Assembly (NCBI GenBank): GCA_964016885.1
Contig: OZ024742.1
Location: 181,474,001-181,538,000, forward strand
From: Eledone cirrhosa
Lineage: Eukaryota
Length of the DNA: 64,000 nt
Reading direction: 5' to 3'
Position 1 is the stretch's first letter. Each line of letters starts with the position of its first letter. Positions 42,737-60,550 of the stretch are shown here, piece by piece. The notes under the pieces are model-generated. The model saw nothing but the letters and a program-made list of their open reading frames with translations, did not search any database and was not told the DNA's origin. Both the position numbers and the translations under genes were made by a program.

Positions 42737-43040
42737 TGATTGCGGTATGTACGCATTTCTTCTAAGTTTAATTTTACACCTAATTGTTTATGGTTGATGA
42801 TATATTTGGTCAGTTTCTACATGCTGTCGAAATGTTGGATAAATACTCGATTGGGGCCACCGCGAAGAGGCTACGTTCGGTTATTTGTCGGAGATTTCTC
42901 CATAAGAGCCTTTCTTCTTATAGCTTGATCTAATTGATTTTTTATATGGTTAATTATGCTAATTAGAAAAAAGAAATAGAATATATTTTATCTGATGATT
43001 CTAAAGACATGATTTATGATATATATATATATACATATAC

Positions 43041-43089
<49 letters not shown>

Positions 43090-43241
43090 GTAAAAAATTG
43101 AACGGGATCAAAACAGAGAGGCAGTACGAACAAAGGTTTATTAGTTTCATTAGTTTCATGTATATATACATATATAGACCTATACACACACATATATATA
43201 CGATTGCGAATCCAATTCTCTACCCACTCAGCCACACACCT

Positions 43242-43281
<40 letters not shown>

Positions 43282-43548
43282 TATATCTATACATATATAT
43301 ATATATACAAATATATACCTATACATATAGATATACACACATATATATATATATATACACATATATATACACATATATACACATATATATACACACACAG
43401 ACATATATATGTATATATATATACACACATATATATACACATATATACACATATATATACACACACAGACATATATATATATATACACATATATATACCT
43501 ATACACACATATATATATATACATATATATACACATATATGTACCTAT

Positions 43549-43579
<31 letters not shown>

Positions 43580-43639
43580 CACCTATACACATATATATAT
43601 ATATACATATATATACCTATATACATATATATATATATA

Positions 43640-44465
43640 TTCCACCGAATTTATATTCATAGAAATCTGGGACTTATTTCCTTCTTCATCACTTTCTGCT
43701 GCTTAAACCATTTTGTTCGTTTACCCTAGCGTCCCCCTTATTTACGTGTCCCAACGACTTTTTTTTAGCCGTTGCTCGCACCAACCTGAGGTATATGGCC
43801 TTTAATGCGATGAAATGCCTACGACGGTTGGATGGTCACAGATGAGGACAAACCATTTAATATGTAACCCATTTGCAGCGCCGCAGCTCCATTATTATCA
43901 TATTTACACATATTTTTTCCTCCGCTGCCACCAGTCTGTTTCGTTCTTTGTGTCTTTACCCTTTCTAGCAGTCTCTCTCTCTGTTAGCCTCTTCCTCACC
44001 TTTCACTCACTCACTCTCTGTCACTACCTCTCCTCCTCCCCTTTCTTCCCGTTTGACCCTTCCATAATCCTTTTCTCGCGGACACTTGGCCAAGCCGGTA
44101 TGAATTTTTTCTCTCTCTCTCTCTCTCTCTCTCGTCTGCGACTTCACAGAACTTATGTCTACTGAATTCGCAGACCAGACCCCTTCTTCCTCCCGTTAGA
44201 CCTTGCTCACATTTCAACCAGGTTTGATGGTCTTTATTCTCTCGTTCACGATTCCACCGAATTTATATTCATAGAAATCTATGACTTGTTTCCTTCTTCA
44301 TCACTTTCTGCTGCTTAAACCATTTTGTTCGTTTACCCTAGCGTCCCCCTTATTTACGTGTCCCAACGACTTTTGTTTAGCCGTTGCTCGCACCAACCTG
44401 AGGTATATGGCCTTTAATGCGACGAAATGCCTACGACGGTTGGATGGCCAATGATGAGGACAAAC
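43640..44465. repeat. Non-coding unit with ~213 bp direct terminal repeats (period 612)
   Basis: 43640-43853 matches 44252-44465; flanked by (TA)n. Confidence 0.85.
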
Positions 44466-44889
44466 TTTTTCATATATATACCTATACATATATATGTTTA
44501 TATATATACATATACATATATATATATATACATATATATACCTATATATATATATGTATACATATATATATATATACATATATATACCTATACATATATG
44601 TATATATATATATATATATACATATATATACCTATACATATATATGTATATATATATATATATATATATACATATATATACCTATACATATATATGTATA
44701 TATATATATATATATATAGATATACATACATATACCTATACAGACATATATATATACATATACATATATATACCTAAACATATATATATATATATACACA
44801 CATATATATACCTATACACATATATATATATACATATATGTACTTATACATATATACCTATATATATATATATACATATATATACCTAT

Positions 44890-44920
<31 letters not shown>

Positions 44921-45072
44921 CATATACATATGTATATACCTATACATATATATATATATACATATACATATTTATACCTAAGCACACGCACATATATATA
45001 TATATGTATACATATACATATATATAGCTATAAATATATATACCTATACATATATATACCTATACACACACT

Positions 45073-45126
<54 letters not shown>

Positions 45127-45175
45127 TATACCTATACACACACATATATATATATATACACATATATATATACCT

Positions 45176-45210
<35 letters not shown>

Positions 45211-45225
45211 TACATATATATACCT

Positions 45226-45260
<35 letters not shown>

Positions 45261-45668
45261 TACATATATATACCTATACATATATATATGTATATATATT
45301 CACATATACATACATATACCTATACATATATACATATATATACATATACATATATATACCTATACATATATATATATATATACATATATATACCTATACA
45401 CATATATATATATATATACATATATATACTTATACATATATATACCTATATATATATATATATACATATATATACACCTATACACACATATATATATATA
45501 CATATATATAAATATACACACACACATATATATATATATAAACACATATATATACTTATACATACACATATATATATATACATATATATACCTATACACT
45601 CATATATATATATATATAATTATATATACCTATACATATATATGTATATACATATACATATATATATA

Positions 45669-45709
<41 letters not shown>

Positions 45710-45897
45710 ACATACACATATATATACCTATACATATATACATATATATACCTATAGATATATGTATATAGATATAGATATATATATATATACACATATA
45801 TACCTATACATCTATATACCTATACATATATATATATATACATATATATACCTATACATATATATACCTATATATATATATATATAGGTATATATAT

Positions 45898-46532
45898 AAT
45901 TTAAGTAAGTAAGTAAAAAAAAAAAAATTTTTTTAAATTTTTTTAAAAGATATTTTCCTATTTTACGTCTTTTATATTATTGTTCTGCACCCTCCTGCAT
46001 TGAACCACCTAGGTACTATGACATAACCTGTGTATTTGCTGGCATGGACGTACATCTGTGCGCCTATGTTAGTTGATATATTAAATTATCTATTTTTATC
46101 TCCAAATCACTGATTTGTCGAGCAAACCTGCCAAAACCACTTCAAAATTTTGTTTGGGGTGTTAGTAGGCGTCAGTCATCTTACCATCCCATTCCTTCTA
46201 ACTGGCCTCTATGTCACGTGATTGATTCTTTAGAATCGGCCATTTGACTGGAAGCAGTGAGAATTTCAGTACATAGAATCCAGTCCTCGCCTAGCTGTTC
46301 TTTCTACTGAATTATTATTTTTATATGAGCCGCCAGTGTCCGCGCATTGCCTGGAGGCTCAGCTGAGAATAGACTCCCTGATGACGCAATGAATTCTCGA
46401 CAGTTGGATTATGTAACTGTCTTTATCCCATTGCAGAAACTAATTAGTTGGAGTGAAAATTTAAGTAAGTAAGTAAAAAAAAAAAAAAAAAATTTTTTTA
46501 AATTTTTTTAAAAGATATTTTCTTATTTTACG

Positions 46533-46538
<6 letters not shown>
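45898..46538 (+). mobile_element. Retrozyme-like non-coding unit, period ~560, hammerhead at 46373-46454
   Basis: 45898-45974 matches 46458-46538; actcc-CTGATGA-c gcaatg..cattgc a-GAAA-ctaattag-TT-ggagt; relative at 14204-14350. Confidence 0.8.
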
Positions 46539-46569
<31 letters not shown>

Positions 46570-46592
46570 TATATACATGATATATACCTATT

Positions 46593-46630
<38 letters not shown>

Positions 46631-47527
46631 TATACCTATACACACATATATACCTATACATATATATACCTATACATATATATATATATACATATATATA
46701 CCTATACATATATATACCTATAGATATATATATATATATATACACATATATATATACATGATATATACCTATTCACACATATATATATATATATATATAC
46801 ATATATATACCTATACACACATATATACCTATACAAATATATACCTATACATATATATATATATATACATATATATACCTATACATATATATTTATATAT
46901 ATACATATATATACCTATACATATATATATATATACATATATATACATATACATATATATACATATACATATATATACCTATACATATATATACCTATAC
47001 ATATATTTACCTATACATACGGTCAGTCAATGGCAACATTGAGGACCGAGTAAGTTAGATCGCAGATGTAAAAGACAGCGATAAACGAAAACCAACCAAA
47101 CAGTGAGTGAGTTCTGTTATTAATTCTGGCAATATTACACAAATATGACCCTCCCCAAGTATAACAATACATATATATACCTTTACATATATATATATAA
47201 ATATATATAGCTATACATATATATATACATATATATACCTATACATATATATACCTATACATATATATATACATATATATACCTATACATATATATATAC
47301 ATATATATACCTATACATATATATACCTATACATATATATATACATATATATACCTATACATATATATATACATATATATACCTATACATATATATATAC
47401 ATATATATACCTATACATACATATATATATATACATATATACCTATACATATATATATATACATATATACCTATACATATATATATATACATATATATAC
47501 CGATATATATATATACATATATATACC

Positions 47528-47559
<32 letters not shown>

Positions 47560-47570
47560 TATACCTATAC

Positions 47571-47667
<97 letters not shown>

Positions 47668-47670
47668 CCT

Positions 47671-47719
<49 letters not shown>

Positions 47720-47801
47720 CCTATACATATATATATATATATATACATACCTATACATATATATATATATATATAGATATATATATACAGATATATACCT
47801 T

Positions 47802-47849
<48 letters not shown>

Positions 47850-47850
47850 C

Positions 47851-47883
<33 letters not shown>

Positions 47884-47930
47884 TATACCTATACACACAC
47901 ACATATATATATATATACATATATATACCT

Positions 47931-47976
<46 letters not shown>

Positions 47977-48062
47977 ATAGGTATATATATGTGTATATAT
48001 ATATATGTGTATAGGTATATATATGTAGATATATATATGTGTGCGTGTATAGTTATATATAT

Positions 48063-48096
<34 letters not shown>

Positions 48097-48221
48097 ATAG
48101 GTATATATATGTATATATATATATATGTATGTGTGTATAGGTATATATATGTATATATATATATATATATATATGTATATGTATATGTATATATATATAT
48201 GTAAAGGTATATATCTGTATA

Positions 48222-48276
<55 letters not shown>

Positions 48277-48335
48277 ATAGGTATGTATATATATATATAT
48301 ATATGTATAGGTATATATATATATGTATAGGTATA

Positions 48336-48379
<44 letters not shown>

Positions 48380-48399
48380 TATATATATATATAGGTATA

Positions 48400-48453
<54 letters not shown>

Positions 48454-48639
48454 TATATATATGTATATATATATGTATAGGTATATATATGTATATATAT
48501 ATATGTATAGGTATATATATGTATATATATATATGTATAGGTATATATATTTATATATATATATGTAAAGGTATATATATGTATTGTTATACTTGGGGAG
48601 GGTCATATTTGTGTAATATTGCCAGAATTAATAACAGAA

Positions 48640-50235
48640 CAGTGAGAATTATTGGTTATCGCGTTGAGCTCTGCTGCGGATCGAATTCAAACCGTGACAA
48701 TCTCCACTGAAAGTTTTCGGGAAATAGTCTTCAAGACTATACAGAGCATTTGAAGTCTTTCCAAATTGAAGGATATGTATTTTAAATTTTATTTTATCAT
48801 GAGTTAAAGCTCTATTGATTTTTCCCTGGATTTCACTAAATTCTGTGGATGAATCTATATTCTGATTCTCTTTGAGTTGAGTTTGAATTATTTTTCCCAC
48901 ATCTTACGTTAACTATTTTTCCCATTTTGACGCTATAGTCACTTATATATCATGGAATACTGTTGGCTTTTTGCTACAATATTTTCTATACCTTTCATTT
49001 ATATATATTTACATATATATATATATATATTTATATGTAAATATATATAAATGAAAGGTATAGAAAATATTGTAGCAAAAAGCCAACAGTATTCCATGAT
49101 ATATAAGTGACTATAGCGTCAAAATGGGAAAAATAGTTAACGTAAGATGTGGGAAAAATAGTTCAAACTCAACTCAAAGAGAATCAGGATATAGATTCAT
49201 CCACAGAATTTAGTGAAATCCAGGGAAAAATCAATAGAGCCTTAACTCATGATAAAATAAAATTTACAATACATATCCTTCAATTTGGAAAGACTTCAAA
49301 TGCTCTGTATAGTCTTGAAGACTATTTCCCGAAAACTTTCAGTGGAGATTGTCACGGTTTGAATTCGATCCGCAGCAGAGCTCAACTCGATAACCAATAA
49401 TTCTCACTGATTAATATGCCAAAAAGGGAATTTAAAAGCAGGCTAGTTCACCATCATGCGTGATTATGAAAAATAAAACGCACACGTGGAAAGACAGCGC
49501 TGGTGACGTCAGAATGGGACGAATGTTTGTTTACAAGAAACAACAGTAAAAAACATTCCGAAAAAACTCTACAATAAGGAGTTCAGCAAAAAGCAATATT
49601 ATCGCGGTTTTTTCTAATTAAAAAATACCGGGATTAGTCACAAATAATTTAAGCACTCTAGGAAAGAAGTTCGAGTATAAATATATAAATGAAAGGTATA
49701 GAAAGTATTGTAGCAAGAAGCCAACAGTATTCCATAATATATAAGTGACTATAGCGTCAAAATGGGAAAAATAGTTAACGTAAGATGTGGGAAAAATAAT
49801 ACAAACTCAACTCAAAGAGAATCAGGATATAGATTCAACCACAGAATTTAGTGAAATCCAGGGAAAAATCAATCGAGCCTTAACTCATGATAAAATAAAG
49901 TTTAAAATACTAATCCTTCAATTTTGAAAAACTTCAAATGCCCAGTATAGTCTTGAAGACTATTTCACGAAAACTTTCAGTGGAGATGTTCACGGCTGGA
50001 ATTCGATCCTCAGCAGAGCTCAACTCGATAACGAAAATTTCTCACTGATTAATATGCCAAAAAGGAAATTTAAAAGCAGGCTAGTTCACCATCATGCGTG
50101 ATTATGAAAAATAAAACGCACATGTGGAAATACAGGGCTGGTGACGTCAAAATGAGACGAATGTTTGTTTACAAGAAACAACAGTCAAAAACATTCCGAA
50201 AAGAAACTCTACAATAAGGAGTTCAGCAAAAAGCA
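48640..50235. repeat. Inverted partial copy + tandem dimer of a 638-bp non-coding unit
   Basis: 48640-49016 is the reverse complement of 49033-49409; 49038-49595 is repeated at 49678-50235. Confidence 0.9.
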
Positions 50236-50447
50236 TATATATATACATAGATATACATATACACACGCATATATATATATATACCTATACACACATATAT
50301 ATATATTTATATACATATATATACCTATACATATATATATGTATATATATAGATATACATATATATATATATACCTATACATATATATACCTATACATAT
50401 ATACATATAGATATACATATATATATACCTATACATATATACATACA

Positions 50448-50753
50448 ATCGAAAGGTTGTGAGTTCAATTCTCAGACCAGGTGATGTGTTGTTTCCTTGA
50501 GCAAGACACTTTATTTCACATTGCTCCAGTTTACTCAGCTGTAGAAATGAGATGATAGGGACTGCGGTCCCTATCATTCCACTGCAAAGTGGTCGTGGAG
50601 GTGCCACGGCAAAAAAGCACCCAGCACTCACTGTAAATGAGGTTGGTGTTAGGAAGGGCATCCAACTGTAGAAATCAAGCCAGAATCAGTTCCCGTCCCA
50701 CCCTTGCGAGCAGGGAAAAGTGGACGTAAAATGAAATGATGAAAATGAAATGA
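50448..50753 (+). mobile_element. 5'-truncated copy of the SINE at 20161-20500
   Basis: High similarity in the opposite orientation. Confidence 0.88.
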
Positions 50754-50789
50754 TATACATATATATATTTATATACATATATATCTATC

Positions 50790-51189
50790 TATCTATCTAA
50801 GGCGGGTAAAATTCCCGAGATCCATGGACGAGTTCTCTCCAGCGGTCTCTGTCCCTCATTATCGCTGCCATATCCTGCATCTCCAACAGACCAGTGTCTG
50901 TCCTTAGGGCATCAACATATGTTAACCTTGGTCTTCCTCTTCTAGTGTGTCCATGTAGGGGCTCCCAAAGGAGCACTGAGTGCAATGTCAACTCTGGATG
51001 TCGGTGAGCATGTCCAGCCAACCTCAGTCTCCTCTGTGTCACTTGGACACTGACCAAGAGACTCACTCAGATGGTGGATGGGTACTACACGAGAATGCTG
51101 AGGATGGCTCTGAACATTAATCAGTATACACTGAGGATGAAAAACTCAGAGCTGTATGGGAGCATCCCAAAAGTCAGCTCAAAAGTGAT
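50790..51189 (-). mobile_element. RTE/RTEX-type LINE 3' end with 5' inversion
   Basis: Minus: [23 protein letters not shown]; plus 51044-51189: [24 protein letters not shown]. Confidence 0.85.
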
Positions 51190-51358
51190 ACATATATATA
51201 CCTATACATATATATACCTATACATATATATATATATACATACACATATATATACCTATACATATATATACCTATACATATATATACCTATACATATATA
51301 TACCTATACATATATATACCTATACATATATATGTATATATATATATATACATATATA

Positions 51359-51412
<54 letters not shown>

Positions 51413-51705
51413 CATATACATATATATACCTATACATATATATGTATATATATATACATATACATATACATACATATACCTATACATATATATATATACA
51501 TATACATATATATATATACATATACATATATATATACCTATACACATATATATATATATATATATACACATATATATACCTATACATATATATACCTATA
51601 TATATATACATATATATACCTATACACATATATATATATATATATATACACATATATATACCTATACATATATATACCTATATATATATACATATATATA
51701 CCTAT

Positions 51706-51756
<51 letters not shown>

Positions 51757-51766
51757 TATACCTATA

Positions 51767-51818
<52 letters not shown>

Positions 51819-52457
51819 AAAGTTCTATTTGACATTGTTGGGATACAACAAGTAAATATTTCTATAACTGATATAAAGCACGCGACAAGTATTTGGAGTA
51901 GATATACGATATTAATAAATGGAAACTATATTTATAAAACCATATTTATTTCATTATACATATTTCAGGGATACCAAATTAAATTATGGTATGCCTTCAT
52001 CAGACAAAATACAATATATAACAGTTTTACAAATAAGCTTTGACGTACTCTTTTAAAATGCAACCATTATTTTTGGAAGCCATCTGGATAGTGAGTTGTT
52101 TATATTATTTTAATAAGTCATAGTGTTAAGGACAATTATAAAAAGACGGAGAGAAAGAAAAAGACGGAGATAGAGAAAGAAAAAACGTGGAGAAATATCG
52201 GAGAGAGAGAAATGCATGGAGAAAAAAGAAAGAGATAAATAAAGACAGGAGGAAAGAAAGAAAAAAGAAAAAAGGAAGAAATAAGAAAAACAGAGGAAAG
52301 CAACAGAGAGATATTAAGTCATCAGACAGATAGAAAAACTCAAGAGAGAGAAATATTATATAGAGAGAGGGGGAGATAATTAAAACTTTACGTCATGTCA
52401 TATTAAGTTGAGTTAACAATTTATATGAAATGAATAATCAAAATATAAATATTAATA

Positions 52458-52512
<55 letters not shown>

Positions 52513-52577
52513 CGGCGATGAATTAGTTTTGCGAGGTTTTTTATATGAAATCGTGTGTCGAAACAAATATTGTTATA

Positions 52578-53957
52578 CTCCCAGTGTAACTTATATTGGG
52601 TGTGGTTGTCTTTTAGACTCCAGATATAAGCTGAAAGTGACGTCATATTCCTTCTTAGAGGGTAACGAAAATAATGGGTATGCATGTAAAGACGCTGCTT
52701 GAATCTATTGGTGGTTAACCCTATGTAGACCCTACGGGACGTGGGTGTTACAACCTTACATTTGTAGACAATGTTACTAGAGAGGCATTTACCGGATAGG
52801 GGCAATCAACCCGATCCTACAATTACAGTTAGTACTAACTACAGGGTTGCACGTGTTCCTACGGCTAGGTAGTTTAGCTAAATTTGAAGCTGTGATGTTA
52901 TGTGCAAGGTTAGGAGTCGTAGAGTAAGAAATCTTAATAGTATTTCTATTAAAAATTTTACTATACAGGTTGAGGCCAATCTCTCGGTCGTTAATTACCT
53001 CGACGTTACCCTCAACCTATTGAATGGGTTGTATTACCCGTATAGAAAGCCTTGATAGAGAAAAGAAGGAAAAGGTCGATAAGATCAGTAACCTCCGCAA
53101 AATCACTGGCGCCCATACTCACGTCGAATGGGGTACTGTTGGATTTTTTAATCCAAATAGAGTCGTCGAAATTAATCACCGACTTACGGGCATTGAGGAT
53201 GACATCAACTTCGAAATCCTTAACCACTGTGAGTGTTTTAGCGAAATTGATAGCTCTAAGGAGAAGTGGTAAAGTGATGGAGGAGTAGTAATTGTTGATG
53301 TCGAATTGGATAAAACGGCAATGTTCCTTGTTACGTATGCCGTTGAACCAATCAATCACCGCGAAGGAATTGTTCCACAGTGCAAGAGGGGCCAAACTTC
53401 TAATTTCAGGTATAATTCTATCAAGAATCGTCTTACTAAGTCTAGCTAAATCGGACTTCGTAGGGTTAATAAGCCGAATAGAGGGGTTGTTCGGAAAATT
53501 GGATTTGTGATCCTTCAGGGTAAAGTGGGGAGAAATAGGGTCCAGAGGTTCGGTCCGGTCCAGGATGTTGAGATCAGATGTGATTTTAAACCCAGCATCG
53601 TTGATTTCATTGATGACGCACCGATTAGTTTTACGGTAACCCTTAGTTACAGCATTATGTAGTAGTTGATGGTAAGTACTGCGCTCCACTTGATATAGGT
53701 TGCCAGTTTTGTCGGAATGGACGTGCACGGCATTAGAATCCTTAATAGAACGAATTCTATTCTTCAGGTCTAGCTGGAAGGAATTGCTCCTATTCAGAAA
53801 TTCGATACTCCGAATGAGTTCCAAGACATCATTTTTGAAGGGTAGCAATGCTGGGTTACACGGGGGGTTATTATAGGTTTTAAATCCAAATTCATCCTGT
53901 TTGTTGTCTGCTTTTCACGGATTATCGGAGTAAAAGGCCCGCCAACGCAACCTTTTA
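52578..53957 (-). mobile_element. Naiad-like PLE with internal deletions and an inversion
   Basis: SDKTGNLY, FTLKDHKSNF..RLINPTKS, QFDINNYYSSI, VSMGA; GIY-YIG NIVYKCKV..YIGLT; plus-strand RT piece at 52963-53051. Confidence 0.85.
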
Positions 53958-54097
53958 ATGAACGCGTCTGTTTTCAGTATCAGGAGTTTTAGATATGTTT
54001 TCCTGCTTCGTACGGGTATGTTCTTTGTAGAAATATTCAGATGTTGTTTCTGCATGATGAATATAAGTCAGTAGAGTGCTCAACCGAGGGAGCCAAA

Positions 54098-54138
<41 letters not shown>

Positions 54139-54439
54139 TTATATACATCTATATACATATAAATATATATCTATATACATATATATCTATATACATATAT
54201 ATATGTATATCTATATACATATATTTATATATATATCTATATATATTTCTATATATATATATATATATCCATATAGATATATATAGATATATATTTATAT
54301 ATGTATATAGATATACATATATATATATGTATATATGCATGAAAAACCTGGCTTTCGAGCCACTTTTTCCATATAAAACAAGTAACATTTAGAGACCAAC
54401 CAGATGTGAGAAAAACCACAGACCCTCCATCTCAACTCA

Positions 54440-54477
54440 CCTTTTAAAAAGCAGAAGAACTGCGAAACCGGTAAAGG
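54440..54477 (+). ncRNA. Decayed hammerhead (core TTAAAAA)
   Basis: cctt/aagg stem I; gcag/ctgc stem II; GAAA-ccgg-TA; core differs from CTGAAGA by three transitions. Confidence 0.5.
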
Positions 54478-54547
54478 AACCAAATAAATATATATATTTA
54501 TAAAAAAAAAATAAGACTTCAGTTGCATTTTCGATTTCATCTCTTTT

Positions 54548-54615
<68 letters not shown>

Positions 54616-54864
54616 CCTATCTATCTATCTACCTATCTATCTATCTCTGGGATGGACACACGCGTATAACTTGCTGAGTAAGTTCTGTTTAAATTTCTAT
54701 AGAAATTCTTGTCTGATAACTTTAATTTTTGTACCATTTTGTAGAGGGACTGCCAGGTCAAACTTTGATCTGGTCAGTCTCTCAAAATATTCTACGCCTT
54801 TAGGCGAAATAGTTAAACAAAAAAAAAAAAAGTTTTTTCTTGTTGAAAAGTCAATATTTTTTAA

Positions 54865-56526
54865 ATGGCCGAAGCCTCTTCACCAAAATTCGAAGGAGGA
54901 AAGGGGAAGATGAACTTACAGCTTCCCCCTGCCACTGTCACAGTAGCAGAGGTCAAGAAGAAAGGTCAGCCAGAGGAAGAATTCTCTCCACCTGTTAACC
55001 GACAACTTGACGTTGCCATGGCAACAACCCAAAGAACCAGCAGCAACAGCAACAACAACAACAATGCGACGGACAAAAACAACACCAATAACAATAACAA
55101 TAACAACAACAACAACAAGACCAATAACGGTAACAACAACAACAATGATAACAACAACACCACCAACGACAACAACAACACAAACAAACAAAATTTCTCC
55201 TTCGCCGAGACGACAAGGAAAACCCTCGACTATCTGCCAGTAGATATAACAAAAGCGAAGGAACTACTGGCGGATGCGAAAAAATATATAGTGTACGGGG
55301 AAAATGGTTCATTCACAATCCATTCCCCCCCGGAACTAAAAAGCCAGAGACTCCTAAACACGGTCATGTTTAGGACAATCTCGAACAAAAGTAAAAAACC
55401 AGCTCAACCATCACAGAGCGAGATAGAGCTGGTTTTAAAAGACGTCATGAAGGACATCACCTTCATTCAGAAGGATAGACTCTACGGGAGTCTATCCATT
55501 CTCATGAAGGACAGGGACACAGCAGTGAAACTGTCCATCAAACCAATCACATCCACCGCATACACCTTCTACCCTACGTACATGGGTAGAAGAACACAAA
55601 AAATAAAAATCCACACCATCCTGCCGATTATGGACATATGGTGGGTTTTGACAGGTTTTCTGGACCTGGAGGATGACATGCTGGTGTCCATGGGAAAGGA
55701 ATCGGGTGACGCGTTCAGTGGAACGAGCCTCGAACTTGTAGTTCAAATGAGGCCCGAAAGGATCGCCCAGATCCCTGAACGCGTCATACTGGATGATCTA
55801 ACCTTCATCAACATTACCGTTGAGGGTAGACGGCCCTCGTGTTACCTCTGCGGAACCAGAGGTCACCTGAGGGCTGTCTGTCCCCAACTTAATAAGAAAA
55901 CCCCAATCCTGCCTACACCACCAACAACTGCACAACCAACACAATCACCACAACTACCACTACAAAAACAACCACCACAGCTCAAACCAAAACAAAACAA
56001 TGTCCAACCCATCCCCTCCACTCAAAAAACAAAAACAATTTCCAAAACACCCGTACCGCAAACACAACCCGAAAATATACCCCTCCCCTCCAACGCGGAA
56101 GATGACCCTAGTTCGTCGTCAGACGAGGAGGAGCACTTCCACACAATCAAAAGAAAAAAAAGAAAACACACCTCAGACACACAAATGAAAAAAAACCCTC
56201 CCCAAAACATAACACTGACACCAACACAAAAGAGCTCACAACAACAGCAAACAAAAAACACCACACAAAAACAAAAACATGCATACACATACATAAATAC
56301 AAGAAACAAAATACTGTTAAACATTGTGTACAACAACAATCTAATAAAAACACAAGGGCCTAACTTCACCCAGGCAGGGGATTTCCCCCACCTCAAAATG
56401 ATTAAGGCCCCACAGGACACCTATAAAATTTTAAAAAACAATTTTAAAGAGGACGTGGGTCCCCCCTGCGTCGGGCCCATTAACCGCGTCCTCCTAAAAA
56501 ACTATCCCACCCCCTCCCCAAACACC
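54865..56526 (+). CDS. Gag-like ORF1 of a non-LTR retrotransposon (Tx1/L1-like), Asn-rich tract, CCHC knuckle; runs into the gap
   Basis: Open for over 550 codons; CYLCGTRGHLRAVC knuckle followed by a P/Q/T/K-rich tail; clade assignment is tentative. Confidence 0.75.
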
Positions 56527-56726
56527 NNNNNNNNNNNNNNNNNNNNNNNNNNNNNNNNNNNNNNNNNNNNNNNNNNNNNNNNNNNNNNNNNNNNNNNNNN
56601 NNNNNNNNNNNNNNNNNNNNNNNNNNNNNNNNNNNNNNNNNNNNNNNNNNNNNNNNNNNNNNNNNNNNNNNNNNNNNNNNNNNNNNNNNNNNNNNNNNNN
56701 NNNNNNNNNNNNNNNNNNNNNNNNNN
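56527..56726. other. Assembly gap (200 N)
   Basis: Run of N. Confidence 1.
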
Positions 56727-57298
56727 ATATTGTTATACTTTGGGAGGGTCATGTTGCCAATAAGAAACACACGCACCAGTGCTTTCACTTCAATTTAATT
56801 TATTAAATATTTATAAATTTACAAATTTATAAATTTCTGGTTGGTTGGTTGGTTCCACAACCAGATAGTTGTTTATATATATATAGTCATAGTTCTTTCG
56901 TCACACACTCTGTGACCTCTTCAGTGACTGGGGATTTCTTTCTTCGTTTCTGTGCCTTTCCTTTCTTCTATCCTACGCCAAAATGGCGAAGGATAGAAGA
57001 AAGGAAAGGCACAGAAACGAAGAAAGAAATCCCCAGTCACTGAAGAGGTCACAGAGTGTGTGACGAAAGAACTATGACTATATATATATAAACAACTATC
57101 TGGTTGTGGAACCAACCAACCAACCAACCAGAAATTTATAAATTTGTAATTTATAAATATTTAATAAATTAAATTGAAGTGAAAGCAACTGGTGCGTGTG
57201 TTTCTTATTGGCAACATGACCCTCCCAAAGTATAACAATATCGGTTTCAACACACGATTTCAGATAAAGAATCTTGCTAAACAAATTCAGAAACGAAA
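56727..57298. repeat. Fold-back (56727-56980 / 56984-57241) with hammerheads at 57035-57079 (+) and 56885-56929 (-)
   Basis: agtca-CTGAAGA-g gtcac..gtgac-GAAA-gaac-TA-tgact; family ends also at 35858-35950, 47111-47168, 48583-48640 and 52515-52580. Confidence 0.85.

Positions 57299-60550
<3,252 letters not shown>

Noticed and set aside
48649-49400. Duplicated 83-aa ORFs (MGKIIQTQ...)
   Set aside because: GTG start, no motif; the duplication is explained by the fold-back
56727-56763. Continuation of the gag-like ORF beyond the gap
   Set aside because: Sequence after the Ns belongs to an unrelated repeat family
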